Assembly: GCA_023435025.1 (NCBI GenBank)
Contig: JAEYSE010000022.1
Coordinates: 2,690 to 66,689 of the forward strand
Direction of reading: 5' to 3'
DNA from: Bacillota bacterium
GTDB lineage: Bacteria; Bacillota; Clostridia; Christensenellales; CAG-138
DNA: 64,000 nt
The position numbers and the translations under genes were made by a program. Shown here piece after piece: positions 47,574-57,407 of this stretch; positions within the stretch are counted from its first letter, which is position 1; every line of letters begins with the position of its first letter. The notes below the pieces were generated by a model, which searched no databases, was not told the DNA's origin, and worked only from the letters and a program-made list of their open reading frames with translations.

Positions 47574-48110
47574 CTACTGGAACTCATTTCTCCATTGAAC
47601 CACCATTTTTTTCAAATTTCTTCTGCCCTTAATAACCAAAAACGGTTTGTCGGGATATTTTTCATGTAACCCCATTATGGCACGTCTACGTGTCTTGGAA
47701 AAACGCCATAACCCCTTACATAATCGAAAAAAGTCCAGATCCAACTTCTCCTCGAGATATTGCGGCAAGTCCGAACGCTTTTTACCGAGTCTTTTCAATA
47801 CGCCAGCCAGACATACAATTCGGTTGATATCCAGGAATAGGATTGCATCCGCCGCTTGAAATCTTAACTCCATTGTGCCGGTGTGATTTCCCTCAATAAT
47901 CCATTTTTCCTTCGATATGAGTTCTGTTTGCTTCTTTATCCATTCTTCTTTCGTTGGTTTTTCCCAGTTCGGCCGCCAAAACTCGACGTCAAGATGAACG
48001 AGTGGTAAACCCGTGATAGCGGACAGTTCTTTCGACAAAAAACTTTTTCCGCTGCCGTTATTGCCAACGATCATCATGCGGTTGTATCCCGATATCTGCA
48101 ACGCTGTCAC
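47574..48110 (-). CDS. P-loop NTPase (topology-modulation / adenylate-kinase-like)
   Basis: Walker A motif in MIVGNNGSGKSFLSKEL. The small size (about 170 aa) is typical of this family. The true start may be M12/M13. Confidence 0.72.
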   Translation of the reverse strand: MTALQISGYNRMMIVGNNGSGKSFLSKELSAITGLPLVHLDVEFWRPNWEKPTKEEWIKKQTELISKEKWIIEGNHTGTMELRFQAADAILFLDINRIVCLAGVLKRLGKKRSDLPQYLEEKLDLDFFRLCKGLWRFSKTRRRAIMGLHEKYPDKPFLVIKGRRNLKKMVVQWRNEFQ

Positions 48111-48222
48111 TTCCGAACATTCTTATTATTTTAGACACCGAACTTTTCAATAAGTTTTGATAGGCGACGGGTTGGGCAAGCGCCCAACCCGCGATTCATC
48201 CGCACCCTTAGGGGCAGAAGTG

Positions 48223-49632
48223 TTATTCCGCTTCCAACAGCAACACCGGCGTTCCCTCCGGTTCAGCCTGCGGGTGATGCTCCGTCAGTCGCTTCATCCA
48301 GTTTTTCCGGAAGAAGAACACAAGGCCGATGATCACCTTCGCGATCTCCTCGGTGAATGTCATAGCGAATATCCATAGGAATGGCAGGTGCAGAACGAAT
48401 CCGGCAATTACCACGGAAGGCACACCTACCAGCCACACGGCACCCACGTCAATGATTGCGCCAAGCGCGGGCCTGCCGCCTGACCGAAATATGGCCACGA
48501 TAAGCAGCATGGTGAGCATGCGCAGGGGCAAGTTTGCGCTGCCGATCAGCAAGAGTTTCGTGGCAAGCTCGCCGGTGGCCGGGTCGGCCGGATTGATCAG
48601 GTTGATGATCGGCACCCGCAGCAGGATCTCCAGTATGCTCATGCATACCGCGAACAGCGTCCCCATCATCAGAAACCATTTGGCGCTTTGCCAGGCACGC
48701 TCGTTATCGCCAGCGCCCACAGCCTTGCCGACGATGACCCCACAGGCCGAGCCCATACCGATCACAAACGCAAACAGCAACTGGTCGATACTGTTATAAA
48801 GCGTATAGGCCGGGACGCCTGTTTCCCCACCCACGCGGCCAAACACAAACATGTAAGAAGATGTGCCCAGCGACCACAGTACCTCGTTCATGATCACAGG
48901 CATGGCTACCTGATAGAATTTCCGCACCATTGGCTTGGTGTAGGCAAACAACTCACGGAAGCAGGCAAATGCCGGATGCTTCCTGTGTCGGACCACCGTT
49001 ATGAGCATACCCATCTGCACCAGGCTGGAGATCACAGTAGCAATCGCCGCGCCCTGTACGCCCAACATCGGGAAACCCAGTTTGCCATGAATCAGCACGT
49101 AGTTTAAGCCCGTGTTGACCACCACCGCCACAACGCTCGTAATAAGCGGGATGCGCACTTCTTCGGTGCTGCGCAGCATGATCGTCGTAGCGTAGTTGAA
49201 ACCCATGACAATGCAGTTGAACGCGATGATCTGCATATAATCCACGCCCAGCCGGACCGCCTCGGGATTGTTGTCTCCGGCAAACACCTTTACAAGCGCA
49301 TGGGGGAACAAAACCATCGCCGCGCCGAACAATACCACCAGCGCCATCGTGTTGACCAGCGCAAACCCATAGACGCGGCGGATGCCCGCCTCGTCATTGA
49401 CGCCCTTGTATTGGGAGTAAAGGATAGCCGCGCCGGAGTTGATTCCAAACAGAGAGATCATCATGATGAACGTCCACCGTCCGGCCATGCCCACGCCGGC
49501 CATCGCAGCGTTGCCCAGTTGTGACACCATCGCGGCATCGATCAGTTGGAACGAAGCCATTAAAAGGTTCTGCACAGCAACCGGTAGCGCCAGCCGAAGC
49601 ATATTTTTCAGAAAATCCTGTCCAAGGCTCAT
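48223..49632 (-). CDS. MATE-family efflux transporter
   Basis: I chose the start at MSLGQDFLKNMLRLALPVAVQNLL, a typical MATE N-terminus. About 12 TM segments. I rejected the tracked upstream extension to 49857. Confidence 0.9.
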   Translation of the reverse strand: MSLGQDFLKNMLRLALPVAVQNLLMASFQLIDAAMVSQLGNAAMAGVGMAGRWTFIMMISLFGINSGAAILYSQYKGVNDEAGIRRVYGFALVNTMALVVLFGAAMVLFPHALVKVFAGDNNPEAVRLGVDYMQIIAFNCIVMGFNYATTIMLRSTEEVRIPLITSVVAVVVNTGLNYVLIHGKLGFPMLGVQGAAIATVISSLVQMGMLITVVRHRKHPAFACFRELFAYTKPMVRKFYQVAMPVIMNEVLWSLGTSSYMFVFGRVGGETGVPAYTLYNSIDQLLFAFVIGMGSACGVIVGKAVGAGDNERAWQSAKWFLMMGTLFAVCMSILEILLRVPIINLINPADPATGELATKLLLIGSANLPLRMLTMLLIVAIFRSGGRPALGAIIDVGAVWLVGVPSVVIAGFVLHLPFLWIFAMTFTEEIAKVIIGLVFFFRKNWMKRLTEHHPQAEPEGTPVLLLEAE

Positions 49633-49867
49633 TTTCACGTCGTTGTTCTCCAAAATAAAAAGCAATTTTAATAGTTTATCATATATTTGGTTTTCACGGT
49701 AGGGCTGCAGCCATACAGAAAATAGAACCTCTGTGACAAGGCTTAGATTATACTCAATATTTACACCAATCAAGAAAAGGACGCGATATGACGTCCTTTT
49801 CTTGGTGGTGCAGTAGTGAAAAAGAGCTCTTCCTGCTTTGATACTAGCTATTCTCAAGCCGTGGGAT

Positions 49868-50323
49868 TTAATTGATAATTTCGCTGTAATAATTGGATTT
49901 TAAGCAGTCCTCCAATGCTAATCTTCTTATCCCAATCATGCTTATAGGTAAATGGCTTATATCAAACCACTCCAATCCGGCGCATTTGTTGGGCTCTGCA
50001 ATCAATGGATTACCACGAAAAGAATGGATAACAAAGTAAATATCATAATAAGTCCGTATTTCGTTTTTTCCAACCCTATGCGATAAGTGTGCAAATGAGA
50101 CATCCTCAATCTCAACGGTAATGCCTAATTCTTCCTTGCACTCTCTCACAACGGCCTGCCTGGCGGTTTCACTTTCATCGACATGCCCGCTTCCGGCAAA
50201 ATCCCACATACCGTCCATATATCCTGTATTTGCTCTTTGATGCAGCAGAACTTGCTGCTTACCATTTACCGTCCTCAGAATTAGCGGAAATATGGCTGAT
50301 AAGGTTTTGTAATGCTCTCCCAT
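49868..50323 (-). CDS. NUDIX hydrolase
   Basis: 151 aa. The Nudix box is GSGHVDESETARQAVVRECKEELGI (G-x5-E-x7-REx2EExG pattern). Confidence 0.85.
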   Translation of the reverse strand: MGEHYKTLSAIFPLILRTVNGKQQVLLHQRANTGYMDGMWDFAGSGHVDESETARQAVVRECKEELGITVEIEDVSFAHLSHRVGKNEIRTYYDIYFVIHSFRGNPLIAEPNKCAGLEWFDISHLPISMIGIRRLALEDCLKSNYYSEIIN

Positions 50324-50398
50324 ACTTGCCCTCCGTCAATTAGCGATCATTTTCCTCTATTATGATTTTATCATACTTACAGGCCGGTCACGCCTGGG

Positions 50399-50471
50399 CA
50401 CGAAATCCCGGCCGTTAAAATCGCTCCACTGGAGCGATTTTCTCGCTGCGCGGGCGCGGCTTCGAATCCGC
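50399..50471. repeat. 73-bp direct repeat, copy 1 (contains a 10-bp-stem hairpin and a T-arm-like GGCTTCGAATCC)
   Basis: CACGAAATCCCGGCCGTTAAAATCGCTCCACTGGAGCGATTTTCTCGCTGCGCGGGCGCGGCTTCGAATCCGC. It is near-identical to 50742-50814. Confidence 0.85.
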
Positions 50472-50741
50472 TAGATGCACGAAGCCTCGCAGCGCCCGCA
50501 AAAAGTTGGTAGTGAGCAAGTCGGCGTTAAAAGCCCGCGTTTACAAGGGCTTAGCCGACGCGAGCGGGACTTTTTGCGGAAAAGGAGGAGCAATGGAGCG
50601 GGACGAAAAATCCCCAACCGCAAGGCGATTGGGGATTATGAGTGGAGCGTAATTTGCTCCGACGTGGTGGAGCTTACCGGATTTCGATTTCGGCCATCGG
50701 CATCGTCTTGCTTGTGCTTCGCACTGCGCAAGCCGGCCTGT

Positions 50742-50814
50742 CACGAAATCCCGGCCGCTAAAATCGCTCCACTGGAGCGATTCTACCGCTGCGCGGGCGC
50801 GGCTTCGAATCCGC
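50742..50814. repeat. 73-bp direct repeat, copy 2
   Basis: CACGAAATCCCGGCCGCTAAAATCGCTCCACTGGAGCGATTCTACCGCTGCGCGGGCGCGGCTTCGAATCCGC. It differs from copy 1 at about 5 positions. Confidence 0.85.
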
Positions 50815-50831
50815 CGATTATATGGCTCACC

Positions 50832-50871
50832 AATAGAAATAGGACACCCTGTAGGGTGTCCTATTTCTATT
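50832..50871 (-). terminator. Perfect 19-bp-stem palindrome immediately 3' of tRNA-Ala
   Basis: AATAGAAATAGGACACCCT-GT-AGGGTGTCCTATTTCTATT, abutting the CCA end of the tRNA. Confidence 0.6.
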
Positions 50872-50947
50872 GGTGGAGCTTACCGGATTCGAACCGGTGA
50901 TCTCTACACTGCCAGTGTAGCGCGATAGCCAACTTCGCTAAAGCCCC
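50871..50947 (-). tRNA. tRNA-Ala (anticodon GGC), CCA encoded
   Basis: The reverse complement is GGGGCTT-TA-GCGA-AGTTGGCTA-TCGC-G-CTACA-CTGGCAG-TGTAG-AGATC-ACCGG-TTCGAAT-CCGGT-AAGCTCC-A-CCA. It folds as a cloverleaf by hand. The G3:U70 Ala identity pair is present and the anticodon loop is CT-GGC-AG. Confidence 0.9.
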
Positions 50948-51061
50948 ATATCCTGCGGCAGAACCCGGCCGGGTTTTGCACGCAAGGGATATTATAACTG
51001 AATGAAATCCGTTTGTAAAGATGCAATTTATACAGGCAGGAAAAGTCCCTGCTTGTCCGCA

Positions 51062-52102
51062 TCAGCCGTCAAAATACTCGCCGCGCTTGTAATCGTAAAT
51101 TGCACCGTTGGCGTAGATATTGATGTTTTCAAGCACCTTGCCGGTACCGATCGCAACGCAGCTGATGGGGTCTTCCGCTACATAGCAGGGTACTTTGGTA
51201 TGTTCCGCCACAAAGCGGTCCATGCCGTAAAGCAGCGCGCCGCCGCCGGTTAAGCAGATGCCGCTTTCCGCGATATCCGAAGCGAGCTCGGGCGGGGTGC
51301 GCTCAAACAGCGCGCGTACGCTTTCCAATATGCTCTGCAGGGGTTCTTCCAATGCCTCTATCATTTCGTTGGAGCCGACAACAATCGCCTGCGGCAAGCC
51401 GGAGATGAGGTTTCGGCCCTTGACGTCTATGAACACCTGCTCCTTGCGCGGGTAAGCGGAGCCGATGGCGATCTTCATTTCTTCTGCGGTGCGCTCGCCG
51501 ATTAGGAGATTATGCTTTTTACGCATGTAGCGCACGATGGCGTCGTCAAATTTGTCGCCCGCGATTTTGATGGAATCGGATATGACCGCGCCGCCCAAAG
51601 AGATGATCGCGATATCCGTCGTACCGCCGCCGATGTCCAGCACCATGCTGCCGCGCGGCTGGGAAATGTCGATGCCGGCGCCGATTGCCGCGGCAATGGG
51701 CTCTTCAATCAAAAACGTATGACGCGCGCCCGCTTCTTCCGTGGCGTCAATGACCGAACGCTTTTCCACTTCCGTTACGCCGGAGGGAACGCAGACGACG
51801 ACGCGGGGCTTGAAGAATATATGGGAGCCGACGACTTTTTTAAGGAAATGGTTCAAAAGGCGCTCTGTAATATCGAAATTGGATATGACGCCGTCTTTAA
51901 GCGGTCGGATGGCGATAATGCTGCCGGGCGTACGGCCCAACATGCGGCGCGCCTCTTCGCCTACTGCGAGTATGCGCCCGGTAATGCGCTCCACTGCTAC
52001 GACGGAAGGCTCCCTCAGGACGATGCCCTTGCCTTTTACATAGACCAGGACGCTGGAGGTTCCGAGATCGATGCCCACATCGTTAAACTCAAACAATCCC
52101 AT
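51062..52102 (-). CDS. MreB/Mbl-family actin homolog (second paralog)
   Basis: 346 aa. Shows DVGIDLGTSSVLVY, VLDIGGGTTD and ICLTGGGALLYGM. Confidence 0.92.
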   Translation of the reverse strand: MGLFEFNDVGIDLGTSSVLVYVKGKGIVLREPSVVAVERITGRILAVGEEARRMLGRTPGSIIAIRPLKDGVISNFDITERLLNHFLKKVVGSHIFFKPRVVVCVPSGVTEVEKRSVIDATEEAGARHTFLIEEPIAAAIGAGIDISQPRGSMVLDIGGGTTDIAIISLGGAVISDSIKIAGDKFDDAIVRYMRKKHNLLIGERTAEEMKIAIGSAYPRKEQVFIDVKGRNLISGLPQAIVVGSNEMIEALEEPLQSILESVRALFERTPPELASDIAESGICLTGGGALLYGMDRFVAEHTKVPCYVAEDPISCVAIGTGKVLENINIYANGAIYDYKRGEYFDG

Positions 52103-52399
52103 GCTGCGATCCTCTTACCTTTCGGTTCTTGCCAATTCCAGTATTTCGGAATTTTGCGCATAAAAATCCCGTCTGCAATCAGCCTGTATAGTATGATACC
52201 GCAAATTCGGATACTTTTCAAATATCCGTAACATATTTCACAAAAAATTTTATCCTAAAGAAGGTTTTTCATGCAACCGAAGGGAAGAACGGCGCGTTAT
52301 GAAATTCAGGCGTTGTGACGCTTTTGTAAACGCCGCCCCAAATGCCTTGCATAAGCGTACCGCGATACGGTACAATTTGTATATACTGCTGCAGTAATT

Positions 52400-53293
52400 A
52401 TGAAGGAAATGCCCGGTGAAAGTATAATGGCAATTCTACAGAAGAAACAGAAGAAAACGCAATGGCAGACACGTGCGCTCAGCCTGTCGGTCATTTTGAT
52501 GACCGCGCTGCTTTTCGCGTGCACGCCCCAGGCGCAACCGGGAAATGTAGCGGAGCTTTCACCTACGCCGGAAACGCCCGCCATCACACCGGAACCTATC
52601 GAAACCCCGGGGCAGGGCCAAGCGAGCCCGGCGCCGTCCGGCTCAGGCTCGGATGAAATCCCCATTGAAGAGATTGACGGCGTGGCGGACCCGAACGACG
52701 TATTACCCCCCACCCGCCCGTACGATGAATACAAGGCGCTCAACAACGATGTGATCGGCTGGATCACCGTCCCCAACACCAAAATCGATTATCCCGTCGT
52801 CCGTGCCGCGGACAACGAATATTACCTCACCCATAATGTGGAGAAGAAAAAATCCAAGCACGGCGCAATCTTCATGGACTACCGCAACGCGGACGTGGAG
52901 CAGCGGTACCACATCATACTCTACGGCCACAACATGAAGAACGGCACCATGTTCCATGACTTGAACAATTATAAGCAGCGCAGCTTCTTTGAAGAGAACC
53001 GTGTGATCACGTTCAACTGGGACGGCGATGAGACCAAGTGGGAAGTGTATCTCGCGTTCGTATGGCACGGAGGCCCCGTGTACTGGCATACCCGCTTCAA
53101 CATTACGACGCCCGCGGAAAACTTCGCGCAGTACATGAACGATGTCGTCTCCTACATGAAATCCGAAAAGTACACCGTATATGACGATACCGTTACCATA
53201 AAGCCCACCGATCAAGTCCTTACGCTTTCGACCTGCACGTATGAATACGACCAGTCCCGCTATGTGGTAAGCGCCAGAAGAATTCTCCCGTAA
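52400..53293 (+). CDS. srtB: Class B sortase
   Basis: 297 aa with an N-terminal TM helix and a Pro-rich linker. Shows DVIGWITVPNTKIDYPVV, ILYGHNMKNGTMFHDL and the catalytic TLSTC. The start may be the downstream MAILQKK. Confidence 0.85.
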   Translation: MKEMPGESIMAILQKKQKKTQWQTRALSLSVILMTALLFACTPQAQPGNVAELSPTPETPAITPEPIETPGQGQASPAPSGSGSDEIPIEEIDGVADPNDVLPPTRPYDEYKALNNDVIGWITVPNTKIDYPVVRAADNEYYLTHNVEKKKSKHGAIFMDYRNADVEQRYHIILYGHNMKNGTMFHDLNNYKQRSFFEENRVITFNWDGDETKWEVYLAFVWHGGPVYWHTRFNITTPAENFAQYMNDVVSYMKSEKYTVYDDTVTIKPTDQVLTLSTCTYEYDQSRYVVSARRILP

Positions 53294-53439
53294 TAACCTT
53301 GTTTTGCCTACTACAAAAGGAATGAAAACCCGCTGTTTCGGCTGATGTTGAAAGGCGGGTTTTGTGTTATACTGGTAGGTGCGGACGTTATCCCTGTTTT
53401 TGGGAAGACGTCGGTACAATTTGAAATGGAGGAACATAC

Positions 53440-54564
53440 ATGCAGGACCCTCGTTTAAAGCAATTGGCCAGCCTGTTGCTCAACCACAGCATACATATCA
53501 AAGAGGGAGAGCTTTTTGGCATAAGGACCGGCTTATTGGCAAAGCCGCTTGTTAAGGAACTGATGAAGGAAGCGCATCGCATCGGCGCTGTGCCCTATGT
53601 AGATCTGGAGGACGATGAAATCAAGCGCCTGGCGTTCGGTTTCATTGACCCGGAAAATTCGGAGCCTGCGCGCGCTGCGCTCAAAAAGCAGCTTGAATGG
53701 GAACGCGTGCTCTGGTCCCACTGGGCCGGGCAGGTGGTCATCGGCGTAGAGGAAAACGACGCGGAGCTTTCCGGCGCAAATCCGAAAGCAATGGCCATTT
53801 ACAGGGAAGAATTAAAGGAGATCCGCGATCTTCGCATCAACGAACGCCGCTGGGTCTACTTGCACTGGCCGACCATGGCTGATGCCCAGAAAGCCGGTAT
53901 GTGCTACGACGATTTCTATGAGTTCTTCCTCAACGCGGCGCTGGTGGACTATGACGAAATGGAGCGGAACATGCGGCCGCTGGTCGAACTGATGCAACGC
54001 ACAGACAAGGTACGCCTGCTGGGCAAGGGCACGGACCTCACTTTTTCCATCCGCGGCATGAACGTCATCCCCTGCGCAGGGGAAATGAATATTCCGGACG
54101 GCGAGGTGTTTACCGCACCGCTCAGGGAGAGCGCGAACGGCGTCATCCAGTATAATACGCCGCTCATTGAGCAGGGCAAGCGCTATGACAACCCGCGCTT
54201 TGTGTTTGAAAACGGCAAAATTGTGGAAGCATCCTGCGGCAACGATACCGTGGGACTCAACGCGCTGCTGGACACCGATGAAGGCGCACGCTACCTTGGC
54301 GAATTTGCGATTGGCGTCAACAACGCCGTCACAAAGCCCATAGGCAATACGCTTTATGACGAAAAGATCGGCGGGTCTTTCCACCTCACGCCGGGCGCAG
54401 CGTATGATTCCGCGTTCAACGGCAACCGTTCGTTGCTGCATATGGATATCGTTTGCATGCAAGCCAATCCCTATGGCGGGGAAATCTATTTTGACGGCGT
54501 TTGCATCCGCAGGGATGGGCTGTTTACCCTGCCGGAGCTTGCGGGTTTGAACCCGAAAGGATAA
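53440..54564 (+). CDS. Aminopeptidase, M29 (AmpS/PepS) family
   Basis: 374 aa. MQDPRLKQLASLLLNHSIHIKEGE..., NIPDGEVFTAP and GEFAIGVN blocks are typical of thermophilic-metalloprotease M29 enzymes. Confidence 0.88.
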   Translation: MQDPRLKQLASLLLNHSIHIKEGELFGIRTGLLAKPLVKELMKEAHRIGAVPYVDLEDDEIKRLAFGFIDPENSEPARAALKKQLEWERVLWSHWAGQVVIGVEENDAELSGANPKAMAIYREELKEIRDLRINERRWVYLHWPTMADAQKAGMCYDDFYEFFLNAALVDYDEMERNMRPLVELMQRTDKVRLLGKGTDLTFSIRGMNVIPCAGEMNIPDGEVFTAPLRESANGVIQYNTPLIEQGKRYDNPRFVFENGKIVEASCGNDTVGLNALLDTDEGARYLGEFAIGVNNAVTKPIGNTLYDEKIGGSFHLTPGAAYDSAFNGNRSLLHMDIVCMQANPYGGEIYFDGVCIRRDGLFTLPELAGLNPKG

Positions 54565-54576
54565 AGGGAGGCTCAT

Positions 54577-55434
54577 ATGTCCAAAGGGGCCAGACGGCTG
54601 CTCGTTGACAGCATTGCCATCATCATCGGAAGCGCGCTGACCGCGCTGGGGCTTTCGATGTTTACCGTCCCCAACAACATTGCGCCAGGCGGCGTATCCG
54701 GTATCGCGACAGCGCTTGCCGCGCTGATTCGCGTGCCGGTGGGTACCCTCACGCTTATCCTCAACGTCCCGTTGATGATCGTGGCGCTCAAGCGCCTTGG
54801 TTTTAAACCGCTTGCAAAAACGATCGTTGCCACGGTGCTGCTTTCCGTGTTTATTGACCTGTTTGCGCTTTGGTTGCCGGGGTATACCAATAACATTCTG
54901 CTAGCGGCGCTGATAGGCGGCGGCTTTATGGGCGTTGGACTGGGGTTGTTGCTGACGCGCGGCGTCAGTACGGGCGGTACCGATCTTATCGGCCTCATGC
55001 TCTTTAAAATGCGGCCGGGATTTTCCATGGGACAGCTTTTGATGGCGATTGATACGTTGGTCGTTCTGTTCGCCGTTGTGGTATTTCGTGATATTGAGGT
55101 AGCGCTCTATTCGTTTGTGGCTCTGTTCGTCACCAGCAAGACGATAGACGCCATACAGGAAGGCGTGGACCATGCAAAGGTCATCTATATCATCACCGAC
55201 CGGGAAGAGGCGCTTTTAAACCGTATCGCCCATGAAATGGGGCGCGGGGTCACGGTGCTTCCCGCGCGCGGCGGGTTTTCTGGCAAGGACAAGACGGTGC
55301 TGATGACAATCGCGCGCCGAAACGAAGTCGCTTTGACGCTGCAGGCTGTGCGAATGATAGACCCGCAGGCGTTTACAATCATATCCGACGCGACAGAGGT
55401 GCATGGCGAAGGGTTTAAAGAGGGCGTAGATTAA
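54577..55434 (+). CDS. YitT-family membrane protein (DUF161/DUF2179)
   Basis: 285 aa. SIAIIIGSALTALGLSMFTVPNNIAPGGVSGIA is typical of YitT. The C-terminal soluble domain contains GVTVLPARGGFSG. Confidence 0.85.
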   Translation: MSKGARRLLVDSIAIIIGSALTALGLSMFTVPNNIAPGGVSGIATALAALIRVPVGTLTLILNVPLMIVALKRLGFKPLAKTIVATVLLSVFIDLFALWLPGYTNNILLAALIGGGFMGVGLGLLLTRGVSTGGTDLIGLMLFKMRPGFSMGQLLMAIDTLVVLFAVVVFRDIEVALYSFVALFVTSKTIDAIQEGVDHAKVIYIITDREEALLNRIAHEMGRGVTVLPARGGFSGKDKTVLMTIARRNEVALTLQAVRMIDPQAFTIISDATEVHGEGFKEGVD

Positions 55435-55590
55435 AATCTGAACCAGACGGTCTCCCGTAAGCAGGAGATTCCGCCCCGTATCCTCAAGCAAAGGAAGGTG
55501 CGGGGAAACTGCGTTTCCCCGCATAAAATAATTACCTTCGGCGCTGAAAACGCCGATACCTTGAAACCCCTAAGCAGGAAGGAGCATGCA

Positions 55591-57387
55591 ATGACTACCA
55601 TTAAAGAACGGCTTTCTGCGCTACGGAAAACGATGGCGCAGAAGCACATCGGCGTGGTACTGATTCCGACTTCGGATTATCACGCCTCTGAGTATTTGGG
55701 TGAGCATTTTCAGGTAAGGCAGTATTTTTCCGGTTTCACCGGCTCGGCTGGCACGCTTGTGGTGTTGCCTGAGGAGGCCGGGCTCTGGACGGACGGGCGT
55801 TATTTTATCCAGGCGGATCTGGAATTAAAGGGCTCCGGAATCACGCTGTACCGCGAAGGGCAGCCGGACGTGCCGGAACTGGAGGATTTTCTCTATGGCA
55901 AGCTGCCCGAAGGCGCCATACTTGCGCTGGACGGGAGGATGGCGGACGCCAGTTGGTGCCTGGAACTGTCCAAAAAGCTTGCCCCTAAGAACGTAACGCT
56001 GTTGAGCGATTTTGACCCCGCGGAAGGCGTGTGGGAGGACCGGCCTCACCTTTCAGAGGAACCGGTGTTTTTGCTGCCGCCCGAGTATGCGGGCAAGAGC
56101 ACGACGGAGAAGCTTGCCGATTTGCGCAAGGAACTTGAAAAGTTGGACGTGGATGCGCATGTGCTCACGACGCTCGACGATATCGCGTGGCTCTACAACT
56201 TCCGGGGCGGGGACGTTGCGTATAACCCCGTGGCGCTCGCCTATACCGCAGTGGAGCGGGAACGCGCGGTACTGTTTATTGAAAAAAAGAAGCTGAGCGC
56301 GGAGGTGTTGGAGAGGCTCGCCTCCGCCAACGTGGAAGTAAAGCCCTATGAAGATGTGTACCAATACGTCAAAGGTTTCAATAAGCTGCAGCGCGTGCTG
56401 GTTTCAAAGAAAAAAGTCAATTACGCGCTGTACTCTAAAATCGACTCGCACGCGACGGTTGTCGAAGGGGATAACCCCACCACGCATGCAAAGGCAATCA
56501 AAAACAGAACCGAGAGCGACAACTTCAGAAAAGTGCATGTGAAGGATGGAATTGCCGTTACCCGCTGGATGTATTGGATGAAAACGCGCGGCTGGGACAA
56601 GGAAATCAACGAGGTGGACGTCGCAAAACATGTGGATGCGCTTCGCATGGAACAGCCGGGCTGCCTGGGCTTAAGCTTCCCCACTATCAGCGCTTACGGT
56701 CCAAATGCTACCATGGGGCACTACCACGCGACGGAAGCGAACTGCGCCGTGGTAAAGCCGGAAGGGCTATTCCTGCTCGATTCCGGTGGCCAGTATTACG
56801 AGGGCACCACGGATATCACCCGTACGGTTTCGGTAGGCGCAGTGACAGCGGAGCAAAAGCGCCACTTTACGCTGGTGCTCAAGGGTACGCTCCGCTTGAG
56901 CAACGTCAAGTTCCTGCACGGCCTGACCGGATTGCAGCTTGATATCCTCGCACGCGAGGCGTTGTGGGCGGAGGGGCTTGATTATAACCACGGCACCGGC
57001 CACGGCATAGGTTATGTGCTGTGTGTGCACGAAGGCCCCAACAGCTTCCGGTACCGAAACCTACCGGGCCGTATACCCCCATGCGTGTTTGAACCGGGCA
57101 TGGTCACATCTGTGGAACCCGGTATGTATGTGGAAGGAAGCCACGGCATAAGATTGGAGAACCTTGTGTTGTGTGTAGAAGGGGAAAAGACGGAATACGG
57201 GCGCTTCCTGAAGTTTGAAACGCTTACGCTTGCGCCCTTTGACCTGGACGTGGTGGAAACGGAGCTGTTGAGCGCGCAGGAAAAAGAGTGGCTCAATGCC
57301 TACCACAGCCGCGTATACGAGATGATCGCCCCGCATATCCCCGAAGAAGAACGCACATGGCTCAAACAGGCCACAAGGGCGATATAA
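55591..57387 (+). CDS. Xaa-Pro aminopeptidase (M24B family, long form)
   Basis: Starts MTTIKERLSALRKTMAQ, with GGAAGGAG upstream. Shows the M24 metal-ligand blocks LLDSGGQYYEGTTDITRT, HGTGHGIG and EPGMY. I rejected the tracked 31-codon upstream extension. Confidence 0.9.
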   Translation: MTTIKERLSALRKTMAQKHIGVVLIPTSDYHASEYLGEHFQVRQYFSGFTGSAGTLVVLPEEAGLWTDGRYFIQADLELKGSGITLYREGQPDVPELEDFLYGKLPEGAILALDGRMADASWCLELSKKLAPKNVTLLSDFDPAEGVWEDRPHLSEEPVFLLPPEYAGKSTTEKLADLRKELEKLDVDAHVLTTLDDIAWLYNFRGGDVAYNPVALAYTAVERERAVLFIEKKKLSAEVLERLASANVEVKPYEDVYQYVKGFNKLQRVLVSKKKVNYALYSKIDSHATVVEGDNPTTHAKAIKNRTESDNFRKVHVKDGIAVTRWMYWMKTRGWDKEINEVDVAKHVDALRMEQPGCLGLSFPTISAYGPNATMGHYHATEANCAVVKPEGLFLLDSGGQYYEGTTDITRTVSVGAVTAEQKRHFTLVLKGTLRLSNVKFLHGLTGLQLDILAREALWAEGLDYNHGTGHGIGYVLCVHEGPNSFRYRNLPGRIPPCVFEPGMVTSVEPGMYVEGSHGIRLENLVLCVEGEKTEYGRFLKFETLTLAPFDLDVVETELLSAQEKEWLNAYHSRVYEMIAPHIPEEERTWLKQATRAI

Positions 57388-57407
57388 AGCAACTTGGATA
57401 AAAGCCA

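Noticed and set aside
50399-50814. The 73-bp repeats considered as tRNA or tmRNA genes, because of GGCTTCGAATCC and a nearby ...CTCACCA.
   Set aside because: Hand-folding gives no acceptor stem, no 5-bp T stem with a 7-nt loop and no U33 anticodon loop. I kept them only as repeats or possible tRNA remnants.
50475-50900. A 141-aa plus-strand ORF spanning the repeat region.
   Set aside because: It runs through both the 73-bp repeat copy and the palindrome and into the tRNA-Ala gene. It has no RBS, and repeats and an RNA gene explain the DNA better.
51062-52102. The second mreB-like gene considered as something unusual, for example a plasmid-segregation ParM/AlfA-type actin.
   Set aside because: The sequence is collinear with MreB/Mbl throughout (DLGT, DIGGGTTD, LTGGGA motifs). 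Multiple MreB paralogs are normal in rod-shaped Firmicutes.
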